Source: Candidatus Brocadiales bacterium
Lineage (GTDB): Bacteria > Planctomycetota > Brocadiia > Brocadiales > Bathyanammoxibiaceae
Direction of reading: 5' to 3'
Assembly (NCBI GenBank): GCA_046758865.1
Contig: JBHIBD010000001.1
Span: forward strand, 7,443 to 71,442
DNA: 64,000 nucleotides
Part shown: piece by piece, positions 42,849 through 52,032 of the stretch
Position numbering within the stretch: the first letter of the stretch is position 1
Layout: the number at the start of each line of letters is the position of its first letter
The notes under the pieces: generated by a model
Database searches by the model: none
The model's input: only the letters and a program-made list of their open reading frames with translations
What the model was told of the DNA's origin: nothing
Made by a program: the position numbers and the translations under genes

Positions 42849-43508
42849 ATGCCGAGGACATCTCTCATCTACAGAAGAAAACGCTTAGCCAGGTGGCTAC
42901 TACCCGTGTTCTTATTCATAGGGACAATTCTTATGGGCATATGGGTGACAAAGCAGTTCCTGGGTAATCTCAGTTATCAAGGGTTTAGCAATAACGAAGA
43001 GGGAGATAACCCTCTCCAGCTAGATTGGCTCTTACTGGCTATTAGAAGGGATTCTACCAACGCCCTTTACCATCGAAGGCTGGCCGCGCACTCCGCACGC
43101 ATCCTCACAGACCCTTACAAGCTCAGGGCTTATGCAGAAAGGATGGGCTACTTAAATTCCCCTTACAAGAGTTACCCATTGTGGGAATATTTAGAGACTC
43201 CCGAGCGTCAGGCCCTATGGTTATTGATAGAGGTAATTATACCCCACTATAAACGAGCCCTGGAGCTAAGTCCTCTTGATGCAGAGGCGTGCATTGAACT
43301 AGGCTGGGCATATCACTCTCTTGCCACCCTGATGGAGGTGCATCCAGGGGGATACAGATTGTCCAGACACTATATAGATATGTCTAAGGCCTGTTTCCAG
43401 AGGGCCCTGGAGCTTGCCCCAAAAGATACCGTGATAAAGAAGTATGTTGAGGAATGGCAGAAAGAAACAAAGGTGGATGTCTCTGAGGTGCACATTTCAA
43501 GAGATTGA
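42849..43508 (+). CDS. membrane-anchored TPR-like protein
   Basis: N-terminal TM (WLLPVFLFIGTILMGIWV). YKRALELSPLDAEACIELGWAY and FQRALELAPKD are TPR-like. Confidence 0.6.
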   Translation: MPRTSLIYRRKRLARWLLPVFLFIGTILMGIWVTKQFLGNLSYQGFSNNEEGDNPLQLDWLLLAIRRDSTNALYHRRLAAHSARILTDPYKLRAYAERMGYLNSPYKSYPLWEYLETPERQALWLLIEVIIPHYKRALELSPLDAEACIELGWAYHSLATLMEVHPGGYRLSRHYIDMSKACFQRALELAPKDTVIKKYVEEWQKETKVDVSEVHISRD

Positions 43509-43589
43509 GGAAGCTACTAAAAGGCTCATTAAATCCTATGACCCTAGGAAGATGTCTTTGCGACACTCAGTCAGAAAGGTGATATTTAC

Positions 43590-44744
43590 ATGTATGATGT
43601 CATCACCGTAGGTGGAGGCCCTTCAGGGGCTTACACCTCGTATCTACTAGCCAAAGAAGGCCTTAAGGTGCTGCTGCTGGACAAGGGCCAGCCCGGCGGG
43701 AAGTTGTGCACAGGGGTGATAAGCGAAGAGGCCTTCCAGAGCTTCTCCTTGGATAGGAGGTGTATTCTGAGGGGGATACGTTCTATTGAGTTTGTGTCTC
43801 CTTTGGGAGGGGGCTTCATATACGAGCACCCAACACCTTTTGCCCACGCAGTGGATAGAAAGGCCTTTGATTCCCTGCTTCTAGACATGGCACAGGAGGC
43901 AGGGGTATCCTTCTTGGGGGAAGCGGTGGTTACCTCCCTGGAGGTGGCAAAGGAGGGGGTAAGGGTACGATACGGAAAAAATGGCCAATTTCAAACTACC
44001 GCACAGGCCTTGGCTTTAGCCACAGGGCTAAACCGGCGTCTTTTAAGAATGGTAGGATTAAAACCTCCAGATTATTTAAACGCTGTGCAGATAGAGACTG
44101 ACTTTGGCGGCGAAGACCAGGTTAAGGTCTTTCTTGGGAATAAGATTGCCCCGGGTTCTTTTGCCTGGGTGGTACCTCTAGGAGATGGTACGGCCAAGAT
44201 GGGCATGAGCACTAGAAGGCTCATTATGCCTAACTTCAGACGGTTTCTGAGATCGCTTGGGATAAAAGACGGAATTGCTGATATAAGGTCACGGTCCATC
44301 CCTTATGGAATGGCAGCTCGAACCTACACCAATAGGACTCTGGTGATAGGTGATGCCGCCGGCCATGCAAAGACCACTACCGGAGGCGGAATATACTATG
44401 GGCTTATCGGAGCTAGTATAGCCGCCGAGGTACTCAAAGAGGCCCTCTCAAAGGGAGATTTCAGCGAGGATTACCTCCAGGGCTATGAAGAAAGGTGGAA
44501 GGAGAGGCTGGCCCCAGAGATAGAGATGGGCATGAGGCTAAGAGGCGTCTTTTCCAGCTTTGATGATGAAAGAATAAACAAATTTATACAGTTTGCCAGG
44601 AACGATGGGATAGCCACCTTGATAAACCTACAGGCCAAATTTGACTGGCAGAGGCCCTTCTTCTCCTCTCTTTTACGAAGGCTCGACGTTAAAAGACTTC
44701 TGGGCAAAAACTTCTTTAAGCTTACACAACAGTTTTTTCCATGA
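43590..44744 (+). CDS. FAD-dependent oxidoreductase, geranylgeranyl-reductase family
   Basis: YDVITVGGGPSGAYTSYLLAKEGLKVLLLDK (FAD GxGxxG) and LVIGDAAGHAKTTTGGGIYYGLIGASIAAEV. Confidence 0.75.
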   Translation: MYDVITVGGGPSGAYTSYLLAKEGLKVLLLDKGQPGGKLCTGVISEEAFQSFSLDRRCILRGIRSIEFVSPLGGGFIYEHPTPFAHAVDRKAFDSLLLDMAQEAGVSFLGEAVVTSLEVAKEGVRVRYGKNGQFQTTAQALALATGLNRRLLRMVGLKPPDYLNAVQIETDFGGEDQVKVFLGNKIAPGSFAWVVPLGDGTAKMGMSTRRLIMPNFRRFLRSLGIKDGIADIRSRSIPYGMAARTYTNRTLVIGDAAGHAKTTTGGGIYYGLIGASIAAEVLKEALSKGDFSEDYLQGYEERWKERLAPEIEMGMRLRGVFSSFDDERINKFIQFARNDGIATLINLQAKFDWQRPFFSSLLRRLDVKRLLGKNFFKLTQQFFP

Positions 44745-45736
44745 AAGCACTAAGATATATAGTTACTGGCGGGGCTGGCTTTATAGGGAGCCATCTAGTT
44801 GATCACCTTGTAGCGGAAGGGCATGAGGTTACTGTCGTTGATAATTTTTCAACCGGAAGACCTGAAAATCTTGCCCATATCGGTAACCGCCTAAAGGTGC
44901 TTGAGGCGGATACTTCTGATTTTGAAAAAATTATGCCTTTCTTCAAGGATATTGATGTGGTTTTCCATCTCGCAGCCCTCGCTGACATTGTTCCATCTGT
45001 TTTAAGGCCGATGGACTACTATAAATCCAATGTCACCGGGACAGCACGTGTTGTTGAAGCGGCGCGTTTGGCAGGGGTAAAACGTTTAATATACGCTGCC
45101 TCGTCCTCTTGTTACGGAATTCCGGACATTTATCCCACACCTGAAACAGCAGAAATCCGTCCACAATACCCCTATGCATTGACAAAGTATTTAGGGGAAC
45201 AAATTGTTCTTCACTGGGGGAAAGTATATAAATTGCCAGTTGTGTCCCTCAGACTATTTAATGTATATGGGCCCCATTCTCGTACGTCGGGGGCATACGG
45301 TGCTGTGTTTGGTGTCTTCCTTGCACAGAAATTGAATAACATGCCATTCACAATAATAGGGGATGGAACACAAGTCAGGGATTTTACATTTGTAACCGAC
45401 ATTGTGAAGGCCTTTGTAATGTCTGCTAATTCAAATCTAAGAGGCGAAGTAATAAATGTGGGTTCTGGGAAAACACACAGCATTAATTACCTGGCTGAGT
45501 TATTGGGTTGTAATGGCAATATTGTATATATACCAAAACGCCCTGGAGAGCCAGAGTGTACTTGCGCTGACACAACCAAAATAAAGAGCCTCTTGAACTG
45601 GAAACCCACTGTATCTTTTGAGAATGGGGTAAAGATTATCCTTGAAAATATAGAATACTGGAGAAAAGCACCCGTCTGGACACCTGAGACAATTAAAGAG
45701 ACAACAAAAGAGTGGGTTCGGTATCTTTCGGAATAA
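44741..45736 (+). CDS. NAD-dependent epimerase/dehydratase (SDR)
   Basis: YIVTGGAGFIGSHLV and YALTKYLGE (YxxxK). Confidence 0.85.
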   Translation: MKALRYIVTGGAGFIGSHLVDHLVAEGHEVTVVDNFSTGRPENLAHIGNRLKVLEADTSDFEKIMPFFKDIDVVFHLAALADIVPSVLRPMDYYKSNVTGTARVVEAARLAGVKRLIYAASSSCYGIPDIYPTPETAEIRPQYPYALTKYLGEQIVLHWGKVYKLPVVSLRLFNVYGPHSRTSGAYGAVFGVFLAQKLNNMPFTIIGDGTQVRDFTFVTDIVKAFVMSANSNLRGEVINVGSGKTHSINYLAELLGCNGNIVYIPKRPGEPECTCADTTKIKSLLNWKPTVSFENGVKIILENIEYWRKAPVWTPETIKETTKEWVRYLSE

Positions 45737-45761
45737 ACTGTAAGGGAACTGATAGAGAATA

Positions 45762-47297
45762 ATGAAGGCATACAGAAAAGATGGGAAGATAAGAAGTCTC
45801 GATGAGTTAGAGAAAATAGTGCAAAGACTGAAAAAAAAGAATAAGACCGTAGTCCATTGTCATGGTGTTTTTGATCTTATGCATCCTGGTCACATTAAAC
45901 ACCTAGAGGCGGCGAAAAGAGAAGGTGATGTCCTGATTGTAACATTGACACAAGATAAATATGTTGGCAAAGGTCCGGGGAGGCCCGTATTTAACCAGCA
46001 TCTCAGGGCAGAATCTATAGTTGCACTCGAATGCGCTGATTATGTGGCAATAAATGAGTGGCAGACGGCGGTAGAAACTATCAAAAAGATAAAACCCGAT
46101 ATATATGCAAAGGGAAGTGATTACGCAGCCCCAGAGACAGACATAACGGGTGAGATATACCACGAAAAAGAAGCTATAGAGTCTATAGGTGGAAAGATTC
46201 ATTTCACAAATGAGACTACCTTTAGCTCATCACAGCTTTTAAATAAATTCTTTGATGTATATCCTGATGAGTCAAGAAAGTTTCTTCAAGATTTCCGTTC
46301 AAGATTTTCTTCATTCGATGTTATTGATAAATTGAAAGCCGTAAGGGATTTAAAGATACTTGTAATAGGAGATACTATTATTGATGAATACCACTACTGT
46401 GTACCAATGGGTAAGTCTCCTAAGGAGAGCATAATCTCAACAAAATACATCAGTGAAGAAAGATTTGCCGGAGGCGTGTTGGCATGTGCTAATCACATAG
46501 CAGGATTTTGCGATAATGTGCATTTAGTAACTTGTTTAGGAACTATGGATTCGAAAGAGGGCTATATCTTAGACCACTTAAAATCTCACATAGACTCTAA
46601 GTTCTTCTATCGCGATGATGCGTGTACTATTGTAAAGAGGAGATTTGTTGAATCTGCATTTCTAACCAAGATGTTTGAAATATCTTCCTTGGAAGACCGT
46701 CCGCTCCCTCAAGCCGTAAATCTTGCAGTTTGTGACTACCTGCACGCTGTAGCTGCGAATTATGACCTTGTTATTGTAGCCGATTTTGGGCACGGTTTTA
46801 TTGACCGGAATATTGTAAACGTTTTATGTGAGAAGGCGAGGTTTCTTGCCGTTAATACTCAGACTAACAGCGCAAACATCGGTTTTAACCTGGTAACTAA
46901 ATATCCGAGGGCAGATTTTGTGTGTATTGATGAGCCAGAAATAAGGCATGCCGCACATAGTAAGCATGGAGAAATTAAAGATATAATCCAAGAGATTGCA
47001 AAGAAACTAAAGAGCAAAAAGGTAGCTGTAACAAGGGGACACTTAGGATCGATTACTTACGATGAGACGGGCAGTTTTTATGAGATACCCGTTTTCTCAG
47101 GAAAAGTTGTTGACAGAGTAGGTGCAGGTGATGCCTTTCTTTCCCTAACATCACCGATAGTCACTTTGGGTTGCTCGATGGAACTGGCTGGTTTTGTAGG
47201 AAATGCTGTGGGGGCAATAGCGGTCGGTATTGTATGCAACAGGTCATCCGTTGAGCCTATTAGTCTATATAAATTTATTACCACCCTTCTTAAATGA
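45762..47297 (+). CDS. bifunctional nucleotidyltransferase (CTP_transf_like, N-terminal) / PfkB sugar kinase (C-terminal); HldE-like with reversed domain order
   Basis: N-terminus HCHGVFDLMHPGHIKHLEAAKREGDVLIV (HxGH). C-terminus DRVGAGDAFLS (PfkB signature 2). 511 aa. Confidence 0.8.
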   Translation: MKAYRKDGKIRSLDELEKIVQRLKKKNKTVVHCHGVFDLMHPGHIKHLEAAKREGDVLIVTLTQDKYVGKGPGRPVFNQHLRAESIVALECADYVAINEWQTAVETIKKIKPDIYAKGSDYAAPETDITGEIYHEKEAIESIGGKIHFTNETTFSSSQLLNKFFDVYPDESRKFLQDFRSRFSSFDVIDKLKAVRDLKILVIGDTIIDEYHYCVPMGKSPKESIISTKYISEERFAGGVLACANHIAGFCDNVHLVTCLGTMDSKEGYILDHLKSHIDSKFFYRDDACTIVKRRFVESAFLTKMFEISSLEDRPLPQAVNLAVCDYLHAVAANYDLVIVADFGHGFIDRNIVNVLCEKARFLAVNTQTNSANIGFNLVTKYPRADFVCIDEPEIRHAAHSKHGEIKDIIQEIAKKLKSKKVAVTRGHLGSITYDETGSFYEIPVFSGKVVDRVGAGDAFLSLTSPIVTLGCSMELAGFVGNAVGAIAVGIVCNRSSVEPISLYKFITTLLK

Positions 47298-47309
47298 AAC
47301 AGAAGCGTT

Positions 47310-47891
47310 ATGCAATTAGACCTTAAAAATTATCTTGACCAGCTTGAAAATACTTTATTAGAAATTCAGGTAACAAATTCTGATAATGCTAATATAGATT
47401 TGATTAATGGCATCGAGGAAGTTACAAAAATAATATCTGCTCAATCGGAGAAAGGCAACAAAGTTATAATGATTGGAAATGGCGGTAGCTCATCAATCGC
47501 AAGCCACATAACAGTCGATTTATGGAAAAACGGAGGAGTGAGGGCGATTACTTTTGGTGACCCAGCATTACTTACCTGTGTGAGTAATGACTTGGGTTAT
47601 GAGTGTGTCTTTGAAAAACCTATAAGGATGTTTGGTGATGCAGGGGATGTTCTTATTGCCATAAGCAGTTCTGGAAGATCAGAGAATATTCTAAATGGGG
47701 TTAGTGCAGCGGAGAAAAGATTGTGTAAAGTTATTACGATGTCTGGATTTGAACCAGATAATCCACTTCGCTCAGCTGGAGAGATAAACTTTTATGTCCC
47801 GTCCAATTCCTATGGATATGTGGAGATAGCCCATTTAGTTCTTTGTCATTATGTTGTGGATATAATAATAAACAAGAATTCACATGGATAG
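47310..47891 (+). CDS. gmhA: SIS-domain sedoheptulose-7-phosphate isomerase (GmhA-like)
   Basis: MIGNGGSSSIASHITVDL and LIAISSSGRSENIL. 193 aa. Confidence 0.8.
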   Translation: MQLDLKNYLDQLENTLLEIQVTNSDNANIDLINGIEEVTKIISAQSEKGNKVIMIGNGGSSSIASHITVDLWKNGGVRAITFGDPALLTCVSNDLGYECVFEKPIRMFGDAGDVLIAISSSGRSENILNGVSAAEKRLCKVITMSGFEPDNPLRSAGEINFYVPSNSYGYVEIAHLVLCHYVVDIIINKNSHG

Positions 47892-48951
47892 ATTCAGAAT
47901 AGATAGTCATAAGCTAATTTACCATGTGGGCAGGGTAAATGATTGGCTTGCAGGAATACCTGTCTATCCAATCTATACTGAGATAGCGACTTCAGGTGCA
48001 TGTAACCACCGATGTGCTTACTGTGCGCTTGACTATATGGGGTATCAGCAAAGGTTCCTGGACAAAAAGGTATTGATGGACAGGCTCTCTGAAATGGCGT
48101 CTCTTGGATTAAAGAGTGTTATGTATGCGGGGGAGGGTGAACCGCTTCTGCACAAGGATATTGTTGAGATAGTCAATCACACAAAGAAGGTCGGTATTGA
48201 TGTAGCCGTAACCACGAATGGGGTGCTGTTAAAGAAAGGTTTTGTTGACTCTGCGCTCAGTAATATTGCATGGATAAAGGTGAGCATAAATGGAGCAACA
48301 AAAGGAACCTATGCAAAGATTCACAGAGCAAGCCCTGATGATTTTGACAGGGTGATGGAAAACATGTCTTATGCAGCAAGGTTGAGAGATGAGAAGGGTT
48401 ATGACTGCGTTCTTGGTGTGCAGCTAATCCTCTTGCCAGAAAACTGCCCCGAGGTGACCCTTCTAGCACAAAAGGCCAAGGATATAGGCATGGATTATTT
48501 AGTTGTGAAGCCTTATTCACAGCATCCACTGAGTAAAACAACAAAGTATAAGGATATAAAATACAGTAAGTATCTTCATTTAGCAGACAGCCTAAATGGT
48601 CTTAACGATAGAAAGTTCAGCGTAATATTCCGCATTAACACAATGAAAAAGTGGGATGAAGGTATACGCAATTATAGACACTGCTATGCCCTTCCCTTCT
48701 GGTCATACATCGATGCTGGGGGCAATGTGTGGGGGTGTAGCGCTTATCTCTCCGACGAGCGTTTTCGATATGGCAACATTTATGAGAATACATTCAAGGA
48801 GATTTGGGAGGGCAAAAAAAGGATTCAGTCAGTTCGTTGGGCAGATGGGGAACTTGATACAAATCAGTGTAGGGTAAACTGCAGGATGGACGAAGTAAAC
48901 AAATATTTATGGGAATTAAAGCACCCCCCTGAACACGTAAATTTTATCTAG
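47884..48951 (+). CDS. radical SAM enzyme (non-B12), paralog 1 (355 aa)
   Basis: SGACNHRCAYC (CX3CX2C), YAGEGEPLL, a Cys-rich C-terminal part, and the tail WELKHPPEHVNFI. Confidence 0.85.
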   Translation: MDRFRIDSHKLIYHVGRVNDWLAGIPVYPIYTEIATSGACNHRCAYCALDYMGYQQRFLDKKVLMDRLSEMASLGLKSVMYAGEGEPLLHKDIVEIVNHTKKVGIDVAVTTNGVLLKKGFVDSALSNIAWIKVSINGATKGTYAKIHRASPDDFDRVMENMSYAARLRDEKGYDCVLGVQLILLPENCPEVTLLAQKAKDIGMDYLVVKPYSQHPLSKTTKYKDIKYSKYLHLADSLNGLNDRKFSVIFRINTMKKWDEGIRNYRHCYALPFWSYIDAGGNVWGCSAYLSDERFRYGNIYENTFKEIWEGKKRIQSVRWADGELDTNQCRVNCRMDEVNKYLWELKHPPEHVNFI

Positions 48952-48973
48952 GAATTGGGGCCGTAAATAAATA

Positions 48974-49417
48974 TTGGAAGCAAAGTACAGGGTAGCACTC
49001 ATTATTTTGTACGATCCCGGAAGAAGATTATTGCTTCAACACAGAACCAAAGATGCCAAAATACTACCCGATTATTGGGCGTTCTTTGGTGGTAGTGTTA
49101 GACAAGGAGAGACGCCACATGAAGCTGTTCGCAGAGAGGCACTTGAAGAGTTGAATTACAAACTCAAGGCACCTCAACTTTTTATTGAACAGGATTTCAA
49201 AATTGGCAGCACGGAAGGTTACATGTACGTATATATCGAAGCTTTTGATAGTGATAAGTCGTTGCTTAACTTACAGGAAGGACAAGGGTGGGGTTGGTAT
49301 AAAGCATCCGAGGTTGATGGCCTGAGAATGATCGACCATGATAGAAAGCTGGTAAAGTCAATAACACGCTATTTGGAAAATAGTACAAATACAAATTCTG
49401 AAAGGGCCGAGAGTTAA
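48974..49417 (+). CDS. NUDIX hydrolase
   Basis: Nudix box GGSVRQGETPHEAVRREALEELN. Confidence 0.85.
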   Translation: MEAKYRVALIILYDPGRRLLLQHRTKDAKILPDYWAFFGGSVRQGETPHEAVRREALEELNYKLKAPQLFIEQDFKIGSTEGYMYVYIEAFDSDKSLLNLQEGQGWGWYKASEVDGLRMIDHDRKLVKSITRYLENSTNTNSERAES

Positions 49418-49434
49418 AGATAAAGATGTAAAAG

Positions 49435-50265
49435 TTGCAAATGAGAATGAAAACAAAAGCAGAAGAAAAACTAAGTCTAATTGCAAAAGAGGTTAGAAAA
49501 TTAATTATAGAAGTTGCACACAGGTCAAAAAGCGCTCACGTAGGAACTTCATTGTCATGTGTTGATTTGATGGTTTCTCTTTATTTTCATGAACTACATA
49601 TCGATGAGAAGAGTTGGCACAATAGAGATATATTTGTGTTGAGCAAGGCACATGCGGCAATGGCCTTGTATGCCGTTTTAACGATTAAGGGTTTCATAGA
49701 CAAAGAAACTTTCTTAAATTATATGCAAGACGACGGAACATTACCAGCACATCTTGACCGGTTCACGGCTAAAGGTATAGAAGTTTCTGCCGGCTCGCTA
49801 GGGCATGGCTTCAATACGGCTTTAGGCATGGCTTATGGCTTTAAGACTAAAGGCGACAAGAGAAATGTTTTTGTATTGATAGGCGATGGAGAATCCGAAG
49901 AAGGGTCAATATGGGAGGGTGCTTTATTTGCACCGAAACTCGGTATCAACAATTTTACCGCAATTTTAGATTACAATAATTTGCAGGGATATGGCCGGCC
50001 CAATGAAATCTGTCACTACGAGCCTGTTGAGGACAAATGGAAGGCATTTGGATGGGAAGTTTGCAGGATAAACGGGCATAATTTCTCTGAAATTATTCAG
50101 GCTCTTAAAAGACCCAATAATGGAAGGCCCAAAATAATTATTGCTGATACCACAAAGGGAAAGGGCGTGTCCTTTATGGAGGATGAATTGAAGTGGCACT
50201 ATTTTATTGTTACTAAAGATTATAAGGAAAAGGCAATGCGGGACTTTAAGTCAGGGCAAGAATGA
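49435..50265 (+). CDS. transketolase, N-terminal (ThDP-binding) subunit
   Basis: AHVGTSLSCVDLM and GDGESEEGSIWEGALFA (GDG...EG ThDP motif). TTG start. Confidence 0.85.
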   Translation: MQMRMKTKAEEKLSLIAKEVRKLIIEVAHRSKSAHVGTSLSCVDLMVSLYFHELHIDEKSWHNRDIFVLSKAHAAMALYAVLTIKGFIDKETFLNYMQDDGTLPAHLDRFTAKGIEVSAGSLGHGFNTALGMAYGFKTKGDKRNVFVLIGDGESEEGSIWEGALFAPKLGINNFTAILDYNNLQGYGRPNEICHYEPVEDKWKAFGWEVCRINGHNFSEIIQALKRPNNGRPKIIIADTTKGKGVSFMEDELKWHYFIVTKDYKEKAMRDFKSGQE

Positions 50266-51173
50266 GGAATACCGTTATCAATAGAATTGCAAAATATGCA
50301 GAAGAGGATAAGAGCGTTTTTTTAGTAAGTGGCGATGCCGGCTTCGGCGTTCTTGATAAATATAAGAAATGTTTTCCGGACAAATATCTAAATCTAGGTG
50401 TTGCTGAGCAGAACATGATAAGCTTTGCTGCCGGACTGGGATTGGCTGGATATAACGTGTTTGTTTATAACATCATACCTTTTGTTCTTTATAGGTGTTA
50501 CGAGCAGGTGAGAAATGACATCTGTTATCAACGCTTACCAATAACATTAATAGGAATAGGAAGTGGTGTCACTTATGCACCACAGGGTATTACCCATTAC
50601 GGGGTAGAAGATATTGCAATAGCAAGGACTTTACCAAATTTAGTGATCCTTTCTCCATCCGACCCAGTGGAGGCAGAAAAGTGTGCAGAATTCGCATTTA
50701 AAAGCGATAGACCCGTTTATATAAGGGTAGCAAAAAGAGGAGAGCCTGCAATCCATAAAAATGGCATTGAAAGTATAACAGAACCCATAGTTATAAAAGA
50801 AGGTGAAGAAGTAGCCCTATTATTTCACGGCTCTATAAGCTATGAAGTAATTACGGCGCTAGGGAACTTGCAAAGCCTCCCCATGCTTATTTCCATTCCA
50901 ATGATCCAACCCTTGAATTTCACTTCACTCTTAAAAAAGCTGAAGAACGTTCACACCCTGATAACTGTTGAAGAACATTTCGTTGAGGGTGGCCTCGGCA
51001 GTGTTATATCAGAGTGGCTCACAAAGGAGAGACTGCCCTTCAGATTAAAAAGACTTGGAATAAAAAATGAATTTATTCATGCAATTCAAAGCAATAGCGG
51101 AATGAGGAGCATCTACGGCATCTCCAGTGCCAGTATTGGAAAAGCTGTTACGGAGGCCTTGGAGAGTGGCTAA
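50262..51173 (+). CDS. transketolase, C-terminal (pyrimidine-binding) subunit
   Basis: LNLGVAEQNMISFAAGLGLAG. ATGA overlap with the N-terminal subunit gene. Confidence 0.85.
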   Translation: MRNTVINRIAKYAEEDKSVFLVSGDAGFGVLDKYKKCFPDKYLNLGVAEQNMISFAAGLGLAGYNVFVYNIIPFVLYRCYEQVRNDICYQRLPITLIGIGSGVTYAPQGITHYGVEDIAIARTLPNLVILSPSDPVEAEKCAEFAFKSDRPVYIRVAKRGEPAIHKNGIESITEPIVIKEGEEVALLFHGSISYEVITALGNLQSLPMLISIPMIQPLNFTSLLKKLKNVHTLITVEEHFVEGGLGSVISEWLTKERLPFRLKRLGIKNEFIHAIQSNSGMRSIYGISSASIGKAVTEALESG

Positions 51174-52032
51174 AAAGGTTTTACTACTCGGCTCTACCGG
51201 CAAGATGGGGATGGCATTAAGAGAGGTCTTTGAGGACGGCTATACCGTTATCGGAAAAAACACCAGGGACTTTGACGCCCTCCGGCCGGAAAGCATTCGG
51301 AATCTGGTAGAGGAAAATAGACCGGACATGGTCATAAATACCGTCGCATTCTTAGGTATAGACCCGTGTGAAAGAGAGCCCGAAAAGGCCCTTAGGCTGA
51401 ATACACTTTATCCGAGAATGCTGGCAGAACTCTCAAACGAGAAAAGGTTTTTACTTATAAACTTTAGTACGGATGCCGTCTTTGACGATGGGGCGAGGGG
51501 GTTTTATACCGAAACCGACCGCCCGAGACCATTAAATTTGTATGGGTTTACAAAACACGGAGGGGATTGTTTTGTACAAACGATTTCAAAAAATTATTAT
51601 GTATTCAGACTCTCTGTCATATTTGGAAAGACTACCAAGAACACCCAGTTTGTAGAGAAGATGTTGCAAAAGGTGTGTGAGGGCCAGAAAGTCTTAAGGG
51701 TTGCAGACGACATTGTTTCTTCCCCCAGCTACAGTGTTGACATTGCCAAAGAAGTAAGGCGACTTACAGAGGCTTCATCAGAGTTCGGGCTTTACCATAT
51801 AGCGAATGAAGGGATGGCCACTCTATACGATTTAATGAATGAAATCGTCAAAAACCTCAATCTTGATGTCGAGGTGGAAAGGGCTTCCTACAAGGACTTC
51901 CCTTATTTAGGGAGAAAGAATACATTTACACCAATCAAATCAGAAAAAGTAGCCCCCCTGCGGCCATGGAGGGAGGCTGTTAAAGAGTATTGTGACGAAA
52001 AATTGAGAGGAGAAGTAACCCTTGCCAGATAA
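51127..52032 (+). CDS. RmlD-like NAD(P)H-dependent 4-keto-sugar reductase (RmlD_sub_bind family)
   Basis: KKVLLLGSTGKMG and YGFTKHGGD (YxxxK). The real start is probably the GTG (VAKKVLLLG) or ATG (MGMAL) 35-75 nt inside the track ORF. Confidence 0.75.
   Translation: MPVLEKLLRRPWRVAKKVLLLGSTGKMGMALREVFEDGYTVIGKNTRDFDALRPESIRNLVEENRPDMVINTVAFLGIDPCEREPEKALRLNTLYPRMLAELSNEKRFLLINFSTDAVFDDGARGFYTETDRPRPLNLYGFTKHGGDCFVQTISKNYYVFRLSVIFGKTTKNTQFVEKMLQKVCEGQKVLRVADDIVSSPSYSVDIAKEVRRLTEASSEFGLYHIANEGMATLYDLMNEIVKNLNLDVEVERASYKDFPYLGRKNTFTPIKSEKVAPLRPWREAVKEYCDEKLRGEVTLAR

Noticed and set aside
51120-51180. Apparent 1-nt offset between my hand count of the printed sequence and the ORF-track coordinates at the transketolase-C stop / RmlD-like start.
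   Set aside because: Track coordinates are self-consistent (lengths divisible by 3) and match my counts elsewhere (4052, 50262, 52032). I treated the offset as my counting error and used the track coordinates.
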